DNA from: Leptogorgia sarmentosa
Taxonomy: Eukaryota
Assembly (NCBI GenBank): GCA_964658305.1
Contig: OZ210885.1
Coordinates: 14,632,001-14,696,000, forward strand
Direction: 5' to 3'
DNA length: 64,000 nt
The translations under genes were made by a program, and so were the position numbers. The notes below the pieces were generated by a model, which did no database searches, was not told the DNA's origin, and saw only the letters and a list, made by a program, of their open reading frames with translations. This document shows, piece after piece, positions 14,125 through 24,385 of the stretch; position 1 is the first letter of the stretch; each line of letters begins with the position of its first letter.

Positions 14125-17100
14125 CTATTTTATATAGTCTTTATACTTCCCTTGATAGATGCTTTTTTTCATTCTTTCTGATCTTCTTGGATTACTGGCG
14201 TTTGCTGTCATAAGATTCTCTGTATTGTTCAGATTCATACTGTGGCTGCTATCAGCGTCCTGATGTGTTCTGCTGGATGTTGTGGCTTCGTAACTGCTTG
14301 GTACTTTTACTCTCGATGATTCATCGTTGATTTCTGCTAATCGAGTTGTTCTGAGTGGTTTCACTTTGGATGCATCTCTGCACTTTACCTTTCCATCTTT
14401 TACACGTTTCGCATAGATTGTTGATCCTTTTATGCTCGTCACAATATATATGTACGGTTCGTACGGTGTATGTTTCTTTTTCTTCTTCTCTCTCTTCATT
14501 AATACTGCATCTCCGCTTTTGATTCTGTGCGACTTCACTCTGTAGCGTCTGTCGTGGTACTGCTTCCGTTTCTGCTTGTAGATTTCATCATTTCGTTTAA
14601 CTTCGCTTTGAGTAATATGAACTTCGGTGGGGAAATGTTCCAATCGTGTTCGAACTTGACGATGCATCAAAACTTCATATGGCGCGGATTTTGTTGCAGG
14701 GTGAGGTGTCTGTCTGTATGCTTGTAACATATCATATATTGCATTCTCGATATCGATTCCTTCTTCACAAGCAATCTTCGTTGTTTTATTGATCAGCTTA
14801 TTAAAATTTTCCACTTGACCCTGGGCTTTCGGGTTTATTGGTGTTACACGCTTATGTTGAAATCCCATCTCTTTGGCAAATGCTTGGAATTGTTCCCCAT
14901 TGAAAGGTGGACCATTGTCAGTTTGTAATACTCTAGGGACTCCGTGGGTCGAGAAAATTTTTTTCAGTTTCTTTGTCACAGGCAATGTTGATGTAGATGT
15001 TACCATCTCGACCTCTGGATATCGAGAATATTGGTCAGTAAGCACCAATGCATATTTGTTATTAGGCAATGGTCCGCAAAAATCAGCTTCTACGACGTCC
15101 CATGGTCTGTCTGGTAACGGTGACATCTTGGCTGGCTCGGTATGGTGGTGATCTGTTGCAATCTGGCAGTTAAAACATGACTGTACCGCGTCTTCTATAC
15201 TAGAATTCATTCCTGGAAACCAATACTTTCGTCGAATCATTTCTTTCGTCTTATTTACCCCGAGATGTCCTTGCTTGTGGGCAGAATGAATGATTCTTTG
15301 TCTCAATGACTGCGGTGCTACAATTCGATCCATTCGCATAACAACTCCATCCGCGACAAATAGCTCATCTCTGACTTCATAATACGGTTTCAAAAACTGT
15401 TTAGCTTCACTCCAGTTTCCGGTTTCAATCGTTTCCGAGAGTTCGCGCAACTCTGCGTCATCCTCGGTGGCTCTCTTGATTTTCGGCCAGACTATGGCAT
15501 GATCAGCTTGAATGGCAGCGTTGACGTGTTTCTCAATGTGGTGTTTGCCAGTTTCTGGAAGAGGATGTCGTGATATATAATCGGTCATGTTGCTCTTGCC
15601 GGGTATGTGGATAGCTTCAAAATCCAGATTCTGCATCTTGATGATGATTCTTTCAATCCGTGGTGGGATTTTCGCTTTCGGATTATTGAGAAGCGGGAGT
15701 AAAGGTTTGTGGTCAGTTACAAGCTTGAATTTTGGCACTCCTAACAAGTACATCTGCAATCGACTTGTAGTGAATTCAGCTGCCAGTGCCTCCCTTTTGA
15801 TTTGAGAATAATGCTTCTCCGTGTCGGTCAGTGTTCGGCTGACGTAATGGACAGGTTGAAATCCCTCCGTTGTCTTCTGGAGTAGGGCTCCACCGAGGCC
15901 CTCTGGACTACCATCGACGATAACCAAGGTTTCCCGTCCTGGTTGGTAAGGGATTAGGACTGGTGCCGTTGTGAGGGCTGCTTTAAGATCATCGAATGCT
16001 TGCTGTTGCTCTGGACCCCATTGGAATTTAGTGTTCTCTTTGGTCAATCTTCTTAAAGGCTCGCATCTGCTCGAGAATCGATCGATGTAACGAGAAAGGT
16101 ATGCAACCATCTGTAAAAACGATACTAATTCCTCTTTGGTGTTAGGTTTCTGGCAGGCGTTGACAGCATCGACCTTGCTAGCACTTGGCTTCAGGCCCTT
16201 CGCGGTGAATAAGTGACCGTGGAATTCGAGAGTTGACTTGCGAAATTCACATTTCTCTTGTCGTAGGGTGAGGTTGTGGTCCTTCAGTTTTTCGAGTACA
16301 GTCTTTAGGTTCTTGTCATGGTCAGCGAGATCCACCCCTCCAATCATAATATCGTCACGATTGTTGAGTGTCTTAGGAATACCTGATAAGATCTTCGCCA
16401 TCTCATTGTCGAATAAATCTTGACTGTTGATTCCCCCAAAGGCAAGACGCGTGTATCTGTAATTTCCCCAAGGTGTTGAAAATGTCATAGCTTGTCTGGA
16501 CTGTGGATCGATGACAAATTGGTGGTACCCATGGTTCATGTCTAATTTACTGAAAATACTACAATCTCGAAATGCTGTAATGAAGTCCTCTGTAATGGGT
16601 GCTTGCACTTGGCGGGTTCTTAGCATTGATTTATTAAGCGTCCGTAAATCAAGGCTAAGGCGAATATCATTGGGGTTCTTGGGCTTGGGTTGCACGACAA
16701 TGGGAGAACACCAAGTTATAGGTTCTTGGTCGGGAACTTTTTCCATAATCCCTTGTTCCACAAACTCCTGGAGATATGCCACTCGTCTTGGTTTCTGTGC
16801 CACAGGTTCAGCATCTTCCTTCATAGGCAGATGTAATTGAATCTCCTCACCGTTCCGGGTCGCTCTACCAATTCCATGGAATAGGTCTTGATATGGTTCA
16901 AGTATCTCCTCGACACTGGGCGTTGTCTGCTGTAGTTTCCGGATGTTTTGGATGGGTTTGTTTGGTTCTTTAAGTCGCCCAGATTCATCGATTTTCACCA
17001 TGCCCAATTCTTCTAAGGTTGCCCGTCCGATTAAGGGTAAAGAATTGATTTTTCCTTCAACGATGACCAGTGGAACTTGTGTTTGTCGTGTTTCATTTTT

Positions 17101-18384
17101 GATGGTCACATTGCATTCACCTTTAACTGGTAACTTTTCTTTCAACGTATTCAGCTTTATTTTCGACTCGTATAGGTGTAGCTTGGTTGACTTGTTTTTT
17201 AGCTCTCGGAATTGTATTTCATCCATAATGTTCGAGTCTGCGCCTGTATCCGGTTCAACAAGCGTTTTATGACCATTAATGTAAACCACGCAGGGGGATG
17301 CTGATTTCTTTGATTCTTTGCTTGTTTTGTAGATTTTTAAGTGATTCACGAGATCATTGTCACTTGATGTGCTGCTCTCAGTACTCGAACTTCGATCTCT
17401 GCTGTTAGTGACATGTTTGACATTTTTATACTTCCCCACTTCCCGGTCTCTAGGTCTTCTTTCTCCAAATGGGAGCTGTTTCGTTTCTCTCTTGTCTCTG
17501 CCTTCAAAAGATCGTCGTGATGACCTTTCCATTGGCTTGGATCGACATACTTTGGCGTAGTGGTTACGTTTTCCACAGGCGTTGCAAAGACATCCTATCG
17601 CTGGACATTGTTTGTGAGCACGATCAAATCCACATCTGTCACACGGTATTGTTGTAACTTCACGGTTCGATGATGGTCTTTGTGCGTGATAATTGTGAGA
17701 CAAAGGTCGCTGCTGTCTTTGCCGTTGTCGATAATTCTGAACTCGTTTGATTGTTTCTTCAGAGTTAACTTTCATCTCCATCTCTTTAGCCTGTATTCGG
17801 GTTTCTTCGTCTAACTCACCCTCCTCTAGAATCTGGTCAAGCGTCCAATTCTTGCGTATTGCCTTAATGCGTAAGACATTGTTCGTCATTGTTTTTATTA
17901 AGTGGTCCCGAATAGCTTCGCTCTTGTTCGAAAAATTGCATTTCTTTGCGATTACTCTGATGCGTGTGTAGTAACGAATAAGTGATTCTCCATGGTTTTG
18001 TTTCAGATTTCCAAACTGGAATCTTGCAAAATCTTTGTTTTTCTTTGGCAGAAAATGCTTATTGAGCTTTTTAACGAGTTGTGAATATTCGTCTTCGCCG
18101 GCTTCGTCGCCTGTGAGGTCAAGAAGCGTGTCCTCTAAATCTGCGATTGTTTGACCGCCGTAAATGATCAATCTGTCTTTCTTCATTTCTGGTTCTGTTA
18201 TCCCAAAGTAGCGAAACTGTCTTTCAATGTTCTGTAGCCATTTCTCCCATGCTGACGCAGTTTCAGTCCGATTTTCGTTGATTTGAAATGGTCTCACGTT
18301 GAGTTGGCGGTTCGTCACGCTTATATTATTTGCACTTGCATTCGTTCCGGAGCTGGAACCTTTTTTCTCCTTGTCGTGGCTCAT
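14125..18384 (-). CDS. Gag-Pol polyprotein, 1419 aa
   Basis: Zinc knuckles CDRCGFDRAHKQC and CNACGKRNHYAKVC. Protease DTGA. RT motifs LDMNHGYHQ, LAFG and NRDD. RNase H VDGS...REAL...TDHKPL. Integrase H-x3-H...CFNC plus DFCGP / TDNG / GQVE catalytic triad. Confidence 0.96.
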   Translation of the reverse strand: MSHDKEKKGSSSGTNASANNISVTNRQLNVRPFQINENRTETASAWEKWLQNIERQFRYFGITEPEMKKDRLIIYGGQTIADLEDTLLDLTGDEAGEDEYSQLVKKLNKHFLPKKNKDFARFQFGNLKQNHGESLIRYYTRIRVIAKKCNFSNKSEAIRDHLIKTMTNNVLRIKAIRKNWTLDQILEEGELDEETRIQAKEMEMKVNSEETIKRVQNYRQRQRQQRPLSHNYHAQRPSSNREVTTIPCDRCGFDRAHKQCPAIGCLCNACGKRNHYAKVCRSKPMERSSRRSFEGRDKRETKQLPFGERRPRDREVGKYKNVKHVTNSRDRSSSTESSTSSDNDLVNHLKIYKTSKESKKSASPCVVYINGHKTLVEPDTGADSNIMDEIQFRELKNKSTKLHLYESKIKLNTLKEKLPVKGECNVTIKNETRQTQVPLVIVEGKINSLPLIGRATLEELGMVKIDESGRLKEPNKPIQNIRKLQQTTPSVEEILEPYQDLFHGIGRATRNGEEIQLHLPMKEDAEPVAQKPRRVAYLQEFVEQGIMEKVPDQEPITWCSPIVVQPKPKNPNDIRLSLDLRTLNKSMLRTRQVQAPITEDFITAFRDCSIFSKLDMNHGYHQFVIDPQSRQAMTFSTPWGNYRYTRLAFGGINSQDLFDNEMAKILSGIPKTLNNRDDIMIGGVDLADHDKNLKTVLEKLKDHNLTLRQEKCEFRKSTLEFHGHLFTAKGLKPSASKVDAVNACQKPNTKEELVSFLQMVAYLSRYIDRFSSRCEPLRRLTKENTKFQWGPEQQQAFDDLKAALTTAPVLIPYQPGRETLVIVDGSPEGLGGALLQKTTEGFQPVHYVSRTLTDTEKHYSQIKREALAAEFTTSRLQMYLLGVPKFKLVTDHKPLLPLLNNPKAKIPPRIERIIIKMQNLDFEAIHIPGKSNMTDYISRHPLPETGKHHIEKHVNAAIQADHAIVWPKIKRATEDDAELRELSETIETGNWSEAKQFLKPYYEVRDELFVADGVVMRMDRIVAPQSLRQRIIHSAHKQGHLGVNKTKEMIRRKYWFPGMNSSIEDAVQSCFNCQIATDHHHTEPAKMSPLPDRPWDVVEADFCGPLPNNKYALVLTDQYSRYPEVEMVTSTSTLPVTKKLKKIFSTHGVPRVLQTDNGPPFNGEQFQAFAKEMGFQHKRVTPINPKAQGQVENFNKLINKTTKIACEEGIDIENAIYDMLQAYRQTPHPATKSAPYEVLMHRQVRTRLEHFPTEVHITQSEVKRNDEIYKQKRKQYHDRRYRVKSHRIKSGDAVLMKREKKKKKHTPYEPYIYIVTSIKGSTIYAKRVKDGKVKCRDASKVKPLRTTRLAEINDESSRVKVPSSYEATTSSRTHQDADSSHSMNLNNTENLMTANASNPRRSERMKKSIYQGKYKDYIK

Positions 18385-18413
18385 AATTTCTCGCTTTAGA
18401 TCAATATTTAGTA

Positions 18414-18427
18414 CATCCTCGTCGCCA
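18414..18427 (-). other. Primer binding site, complementary to the 3' end of tRNA-Ser(GCU)
   Basis: Minus strand TGGCGACGAGGATG, 1 nt inside the 5' LTR. The plus strand CATCCTCGTCGCCA matches the animal tRNA-Ser(GCU) 3' end as I recall it. Confidence 0.82.
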
Positions 18428-18428
18428 A

Positions 18429-18586
18429 TGTAGTAACTTACGTATTTAAGAAGAAAACTCTTCGTACAGTGATCTTTTACTAAACGCCCTATTATTCACA
18501 ATGATTGCTTACATCTACAGTGTAGCCATGCATGGTTAATATATGTACATACTTAATACTACAGTCAAATATGATTGACTGTTACA
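18429..18586 (-). repeat. 5' LTR (158 bp)
   Basis: Direct repeat of 13768-13925 (157/158 identical), adjacent to the PBS. Confidence 0.95.
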
Positions 18587-18591
18587 TCAAG
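18587..18591 (+). other. Right target-site duplication TCAAG
   Basis: Follows the LTR end ...GTTACA, and the satellite resumes in register. Confidence 0.92.
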
Positions 18592-21500
18592 GTTGGTTAA
18601 ATTTCGTGAAATTTTGCTATATTTTAACCAACTTCTCTAACACCCTTAATAAGAGTGATATATGAAGAAGCAAACTCGTTCTTTATAGTCATGTACCATG
18701 TAGCATAATTTATCAAGGTCGGTTAAATGTGGTGAAAGTTTGCTATATTTAAACCAACTTCTCTAACACCGTTCATAACAGTGATATACGAAGAAGCAAT
18801 CTTGTTTTTTTGAGTCATTGACGATGTGGCAGATAATTTATCAAGGTTGGTTAAATATGGTGAGATTTTGCTATAATTTAACCAACTTCTCTAACACCGT
18901 TCATAACAGTGATATACGAAGAAGCAATCTTGTTTTTTTGAGTCATTGACGATGTGGCGTTTAATTTATCAAGGTTGGTTAAATGTGGTGAAATTTTGCT
19001 ATAATTCAACCAACTTCTCTAACACCCTTCATAACCGTGATATATGAAGAAGGAATCTTGTTTTTTTGACGCATTGACGATGTGGCGTTTAATTTATCAT
19101 GGTTGGTTAAATATGGTGAAATTTTCCTATAATTTAACTAACTTCTCTAACACCCTTCATAACAGTGATATATGAAGAAGCAACCTTGTTTTTTTTAGTC
19201 ATGTACCATGTAGCGTTTAATTTATCAAGGTTGGTTAAATGTGGTGAAATTTTGCTATAATTTAACCAACTTCTCTAACACCCTTCATAACAGTGATATA
19301 TGAAGAAGGAATCTTGTTTTTTTTTAGTCATTGACGATGTGGCGTTTAATTTATCAAGGTTCGTTAAATATGGTGAAATTTTGCTATAATTTAACTAACT
19401 TCTCCAACACCCTTCATAACAGTGATATATAAAGAAGCAACCTTGTTTTTTTAGTGATTGACGATGTAGCGTTTAATTTATCAAGGTTGGTTAAATGTGG
19501 TGAAATTTTGCTATATTTTAACCAACTTCTCTAACACCCTTAATAAGAGTTATATATGAAGAAGCAACCTTGTTTTTTTTTTAGTCATTGACGATGTGGC
19601 GTTTAATTTATCAAGGTTGGTTAAATGTGGTGAAATTTTGCTATATTTTAACCAACTTCTCTAACACCCTTCATAACAGTGATATATGAAGAAGCAACCT
19701 TGTTTTTTTTTTAGTCATTGACGATGTGGCGTTTAATTTATCAAGGTTGGTTAAATGTGGTGAAATTTTGCTATAATTTAACTAACTTCTCTAACACCCT
19801 TCATAACAGTGATATATGAAGAAGCAACCTTGTTTTTTTTAGTCATTGACGACGTGGCGTTTAATTTATCAAGGTTGGTTAAATATGGTGAAATTTTCCT
19901 ATAATTTAACCAACTTCTCTAACACCGTTCATAACAGTGATATACGAAGAAGCAATCTTGTTTTTTTGAGTCATTGACGATGTGGAGGATAATTTATCAA
20001 GGTTGGTTAAATGTGGTGAAATTTTGCTATATTTTAACCAACTTCTGTAACACCCTTCATAACAGTGATATATGAAGAAGGAATCTTGTTTTTCTGAGTC
20101 ATTGACGATGTGGCATTTAATTTATCAAGGTTGGTTAAATTTCGTGAAATTTTGCTATATTTTAACCAACTTCTCTAACAGCCTTAATAAGAGTGATATA
20201 TGAAGAAGCAAACTCGTTCTTTATAGTCATGTACCATGTAGCGTAATTTATCAAGGTTGGTTAAATGTGGTGAAAGTTTGCTATATTTAAACCAACTTCT
20301 CTAACACCGTTCATAACAGTGATATACGAAGAAGGAATCTTGTTTTTTTGAGTCATTGACGATGTGGCGGATAATTTATCAAGGTTGGTTAAATATGGTG
20401 AAATTTTGCTATAATTTAACCAACTTCTCTAACACCGTTCATAACAGTGATATACGAAGAAGCAATCTTGTTTTTTTGAGTCATTGACGATGTGGCGTTT
20501 AATTTATCAAGGTTGGTTAAATGTGGTGAAATTTTGCTATAATTCAACCAACTTCTCTAACACCCTTCATAACCGTGATATATGAAGAAGGAATCTTGTT
20601 TTTTTGACGCATTGACGATGTGGCGTTTAATTTATCATGGTTGGTTAAATATGGTGAAATTTTCCTATAATTTAACTAACTTCTCTAACACCCTTCATAA
20701 CAGTGATATATGAAGAAGCAACCTTGTTTTTTTTAGTCATGTACCATGTAGCGTTTAATTTATCAAGGTTGGTTAAATGTGGTGAAATTTTGCTATAATT
20801 TAACCAACTTCTCTAACACCCTTCATAATAGTGATATATGAAGAAGGAATCTTGTTTTTTTTTAGTCATTGACGATGTGGCGTTTAATTTATCAAGGTTC
20901 GTTAAATATGGTGAAATTTTGCTATAATTTAACTAACTTCTCCAACACCCTTCATAACAGTGATATATAAAGAAGCAACCTTGTTTTTTTAGTGATTGAC
21001 GATGTAGCGTTTAATTTATCAAGGTTGGTTAAATGTGGTGAAATTTTGCTATATTTTAACCAACTTCTCTAACACCCTTAATAAGAGTTATATATGAAGA
21101 AGCAACCTTGTTTTTTTTTTAGTCATTGACGATGTGGCGTTTAATTTATCAAGGTTGGTTAAATGTGGTGAAATTTTGCTATATTTTAACCAACTTCTCT
21201 AACACCCTTCATAACAGTGATATATGAAGAAGCAACCTTGTTTTTTTTTTAGTCATTGACGATGTGGCGTTTAATTTATCAAGGTTGGTTAAATGTGGTG
21301 AAATTTTGCTATAATTTAACTAACTTCTCTAACACCCTTCATAACAGTGATATATGAAGAAGCAACCTTGTTTCTTTTAGTCATTGACGACGTGGCGTTT
21401 AATTTATCAAGGTTGGTTAAATATGGTGAAATTTTCCTATAATTTAACCAACTTCTCTAACACCGTTCATAACAGTGATATACGAAGAAGCAATCTTGTT

Positions 21501-23891
21501 TTTTTGAGTCATTGACGATGTGGAGGATAATTTATCAAGGTTGGTTAAATGTGGTGAAATTTTGCTATATTTTAACCAACTTCTGTAACACCCTTCATAA
21601 CAGTGATATATGAAGAAGGAATCTTGTTTTTCTGAGTCATTGACGATGTGGCATTTAATTTATCAAGGTTGGTTAAATTTCGTGAAATTTTGCTATATTT
21701 TAACCAACTTCTCTAACAGCCTTAATAAGAGTGATATATGAAGAAGCAAACTCGTTCTTTATAGTCATGTACCATGTAGCGTAATTTATCAAGGTTGGTT
21801 AAATGTGGTGAAAGTTTGCTATATTTAAACCAACTTCTCTAACACCGTTCATAACAGTGATATACGAAGAAGGAATCTTGTTTTTTTGAGTCATTGACGA
21901 TGTGGCGGATAATTTATCAAGGTTGGTTAAATATGGTGAAATTTTGCTATAATTTAACCAACTTCTCTAACACCGTTCATAACAGTGATATACGAAGAAG
22001 CAATCTTGTTTTTTTGAGTCATTGACGATGTGGCGTTTAATTTATCAAGGTTGGTTAAATGTGGTGAAATTTTGCTATAATTCAACCAACTTCTCTAACA
22101 CCCTTCATAACAGTGATATACGAAGAAGAAATGTTGTTTTTTTGAGTCATTGACAATGTGGCGTTCAATTTATCAAGGTTGGTTAAATGTGGTGTAATTT
22201 TGCTATCATTTAACCAACTTCTCTAACACCCTTCATAACAGTGATATACGAAGAAGAAATGTTGTTTTTTTGAGTCATTGACAATGTGGCGTTCAATTTA
22301 TCAAGGTTGGTTAAATGTGGTGTAATTTTGCTATCATTTAACCAACTTCTCTAACACCCTTCATAACAGTGATATATGAAGAAGCAACCTTGTTTTTTTT
22401 AGTCATTGACGATGTGGCATTTAATTTATCAAGGTTGGTTACATTTGGTGAAATTTTGCTATATTTAAACCAACTTCTCTAACACCCTTCATGACAGTGA
22501 TATATGAAGAAGCAATCTTGTTTTTTTGAGTCATTGACGATGTGGCATTTAATTTATCAAGGTTGGTTAAATGTGGGGAAATTTTGCTATAATTTAACCA
22601 ACTTCTCTAACACCCTTCATAACAGTGATATATGAAGAAGGAATCTTGTTTTTTTGAGTCATTGACGATGTGGCGTTTAATTTATCAAGGTTCGTTAAAT
22701 ATGGTGAAATTTTGCTATAATTTAACTAACTTCTCTAACACCCTTCATAACAGTGATATATAAAGAAGCAACCTTGTTTTTTTTAGTGATTGACGATGTG
22801 GCGTTTAATTTATCAAGGTTGGTTAAATGTGGTGAAATTTTGCTATATTTTAACCAACTTCTCTAACACCCTTGATAAGAGTTATATATGAAGAAGCAAC
22901 CTTGTTTTTTTTGAGTCATTGACGATGTGGCGTTTAATTTATCAAGGTTGGTTAAATGTGGTGAAATTTTGCTATAATTTAACTAACTTCTCTAACACCC
23001 TTCATAACAGTGATATATGAAGAAGCAACCTTGTTTTTTTTAGTCATTGACGATGTGGGGTTTAATTTATCAACGTTGGTTAAATGTGGTGAAATTTTGC
23101 TATATTTAAACCAACTTCTCTAACACCGTTCATAACAGTGATATATAAAGAAGCAATCTTGTTTTTTTGAGTCATTGACGATGTGGCGGTTAATTTATCT
23201 AGGTTGGTTAAATATGATGAAATTTTGCTATATTTTAACCAACTTCTCTAACACCCTTAATAAGAGTGATATATGAAGAAGCAAACTCGTTCTTTATAGT
23301 CATGTACCATGTAGCGTAATTTATCAAGGTTGGTTAAATATGGTGAAATTTTCCTATAATTTAACCAACTTCTCTAACACCCTTCATAACAGTGATATAC
23401 GAAGAAGAAATCTTGTTTTTTTGAGTCATTGACAATGTGGCATTTAATTTATCAAGGTTGGTTATATTTGGTGAAATTTTGCTATATTTAAACCAACTTC
23501 TCTAACACACTTCATAACAGTGATATATGAAGAAGCAATCTTGTTTTTTTGAGTCATTGACGATGTGGCGTTTAATTTATCAAGGTTGGTTAAATATGGT
23601 GAAATTTTCCTATAATTTAACCAACTTCTCTAACACCCTTCATAACAGTGATATACGGAGAAGCAATCTTGTTTTTTTGAGTCATTGACAATGTGGCGTT
23701 TAATTTATCAAGGTTGGTTACATTTGGTGAAAGTTTGCTATATTTAAACCAACTTCTCTAACACCCTTCATGAGAGTGATATATGAAGAAGTAATCTTGT
23801 TTTTTTGAGTCATTAACGATGTGGCGTTTAATTTATCAAGGTTGCTTAAATGTGGTGAAATTTTGCTATATTTTAACCAACTTCTCTAACA
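18587..23891. repeat. ~128-bp satellite, right block (~41 monomers) with a ~1538-bp 12-mer higher-order repeat
   Basis: Same monomer and orientation as the left block. The marker monomer caaactcgttctttatag occurs at 18671, 20209, 21747 and 23282. Confidence 0.97.
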
Positions 23892-23912
23892 TACGATGGC
23901 CGACGGGGGCCA

Positions 23913-23989
23913 CTTCTGACTTCGAAGTTCTTGCTTTTGAGTTCTCACTTCTGAGTTCTCACTTCTGAGTTCCGATTTCCAACTTCTGA
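23913..23989 (+). repeat. 11 degenerate tandem heptamers (C/G)TTCTGA
   Basis: cttctga cttcgaa gttcttg cttttga gttctca cttctga gttctca cttctga gttccga tttccaa cttctga. Confidence 0.85.
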
Positions 23990-24134
23990 TACTACAAGTT
24001 TTGAACAATATTTTTCAAAATACTTATAATACCACTTCAAATACTGCAGTATTTAAGTATTGTTATACAATACTTATAATACATTATTTTAAGTATTGTT
24101 TAACATTCCACACTATTTGTACATGCTTGTCATG

Positions 24135-24296
24135 GAGTTCTGTGTTCCGAGTTCTGTGTTCCGACTTCTGTGTTCCGAGTTCTGTGTTCCGAATTCTGTG
24201 TTCCGAGTTCTGTGTTCCGAGTTCAGTGTTCTGAGTTCTGTTTTCCGAGTTCTGTGTTCCGAGTTCTGTGTTCCGAGTTCTGTGTTCCGAGTTCTG
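24135..24296 (+). repeat. 14-bp minisatellite GAGTTCTGTGTTCC (~11.5 copies; dimer of related heptamers)
   Basis: Directly visible. The unit is GTTCTGT+GTTCCGA, related to the 23913 heptamers. Confidence 0.95.
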
Positions 24297-24385
24297 CCTT
24301 CCGTTTTGTGAATTCCGAATATTGGCTTTCGACATTGACATTCAAGTTCCGAGAGAGGAGAAAACATTACAGGCCAAAGCTGGAG

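Larger units (their letters stand above)
13768..18586 (-). mobile_element. Full-length Ty3/Gypsy LTR retrotransposon, Mag-lineage-like (4819 bp)
   Basis: Paired TG...CA LTRs, 5-bp TSD, PBS, PPT and a single ORF with Gag(2x CCHC)-PR-RT-RH-IN order. Mag assignment is inferred from the short LTRs, single ORF, double zinc knuckle and Ser-tRNA PBS. Confidence 0.96.

Noticed and set aside
14527..17971. Short ORFs antisense to or overlapping gag-pol
   Set aside because: Shadow ORFs with no recognisable motifs.
1..23891. CRISPR-like or coding interpretation of the 128-bp array (incl. ORF 278-478)
   Set aside because: There are no unique spacers and no cas genes, and the context is eukaryotic. The ORF is incidental.
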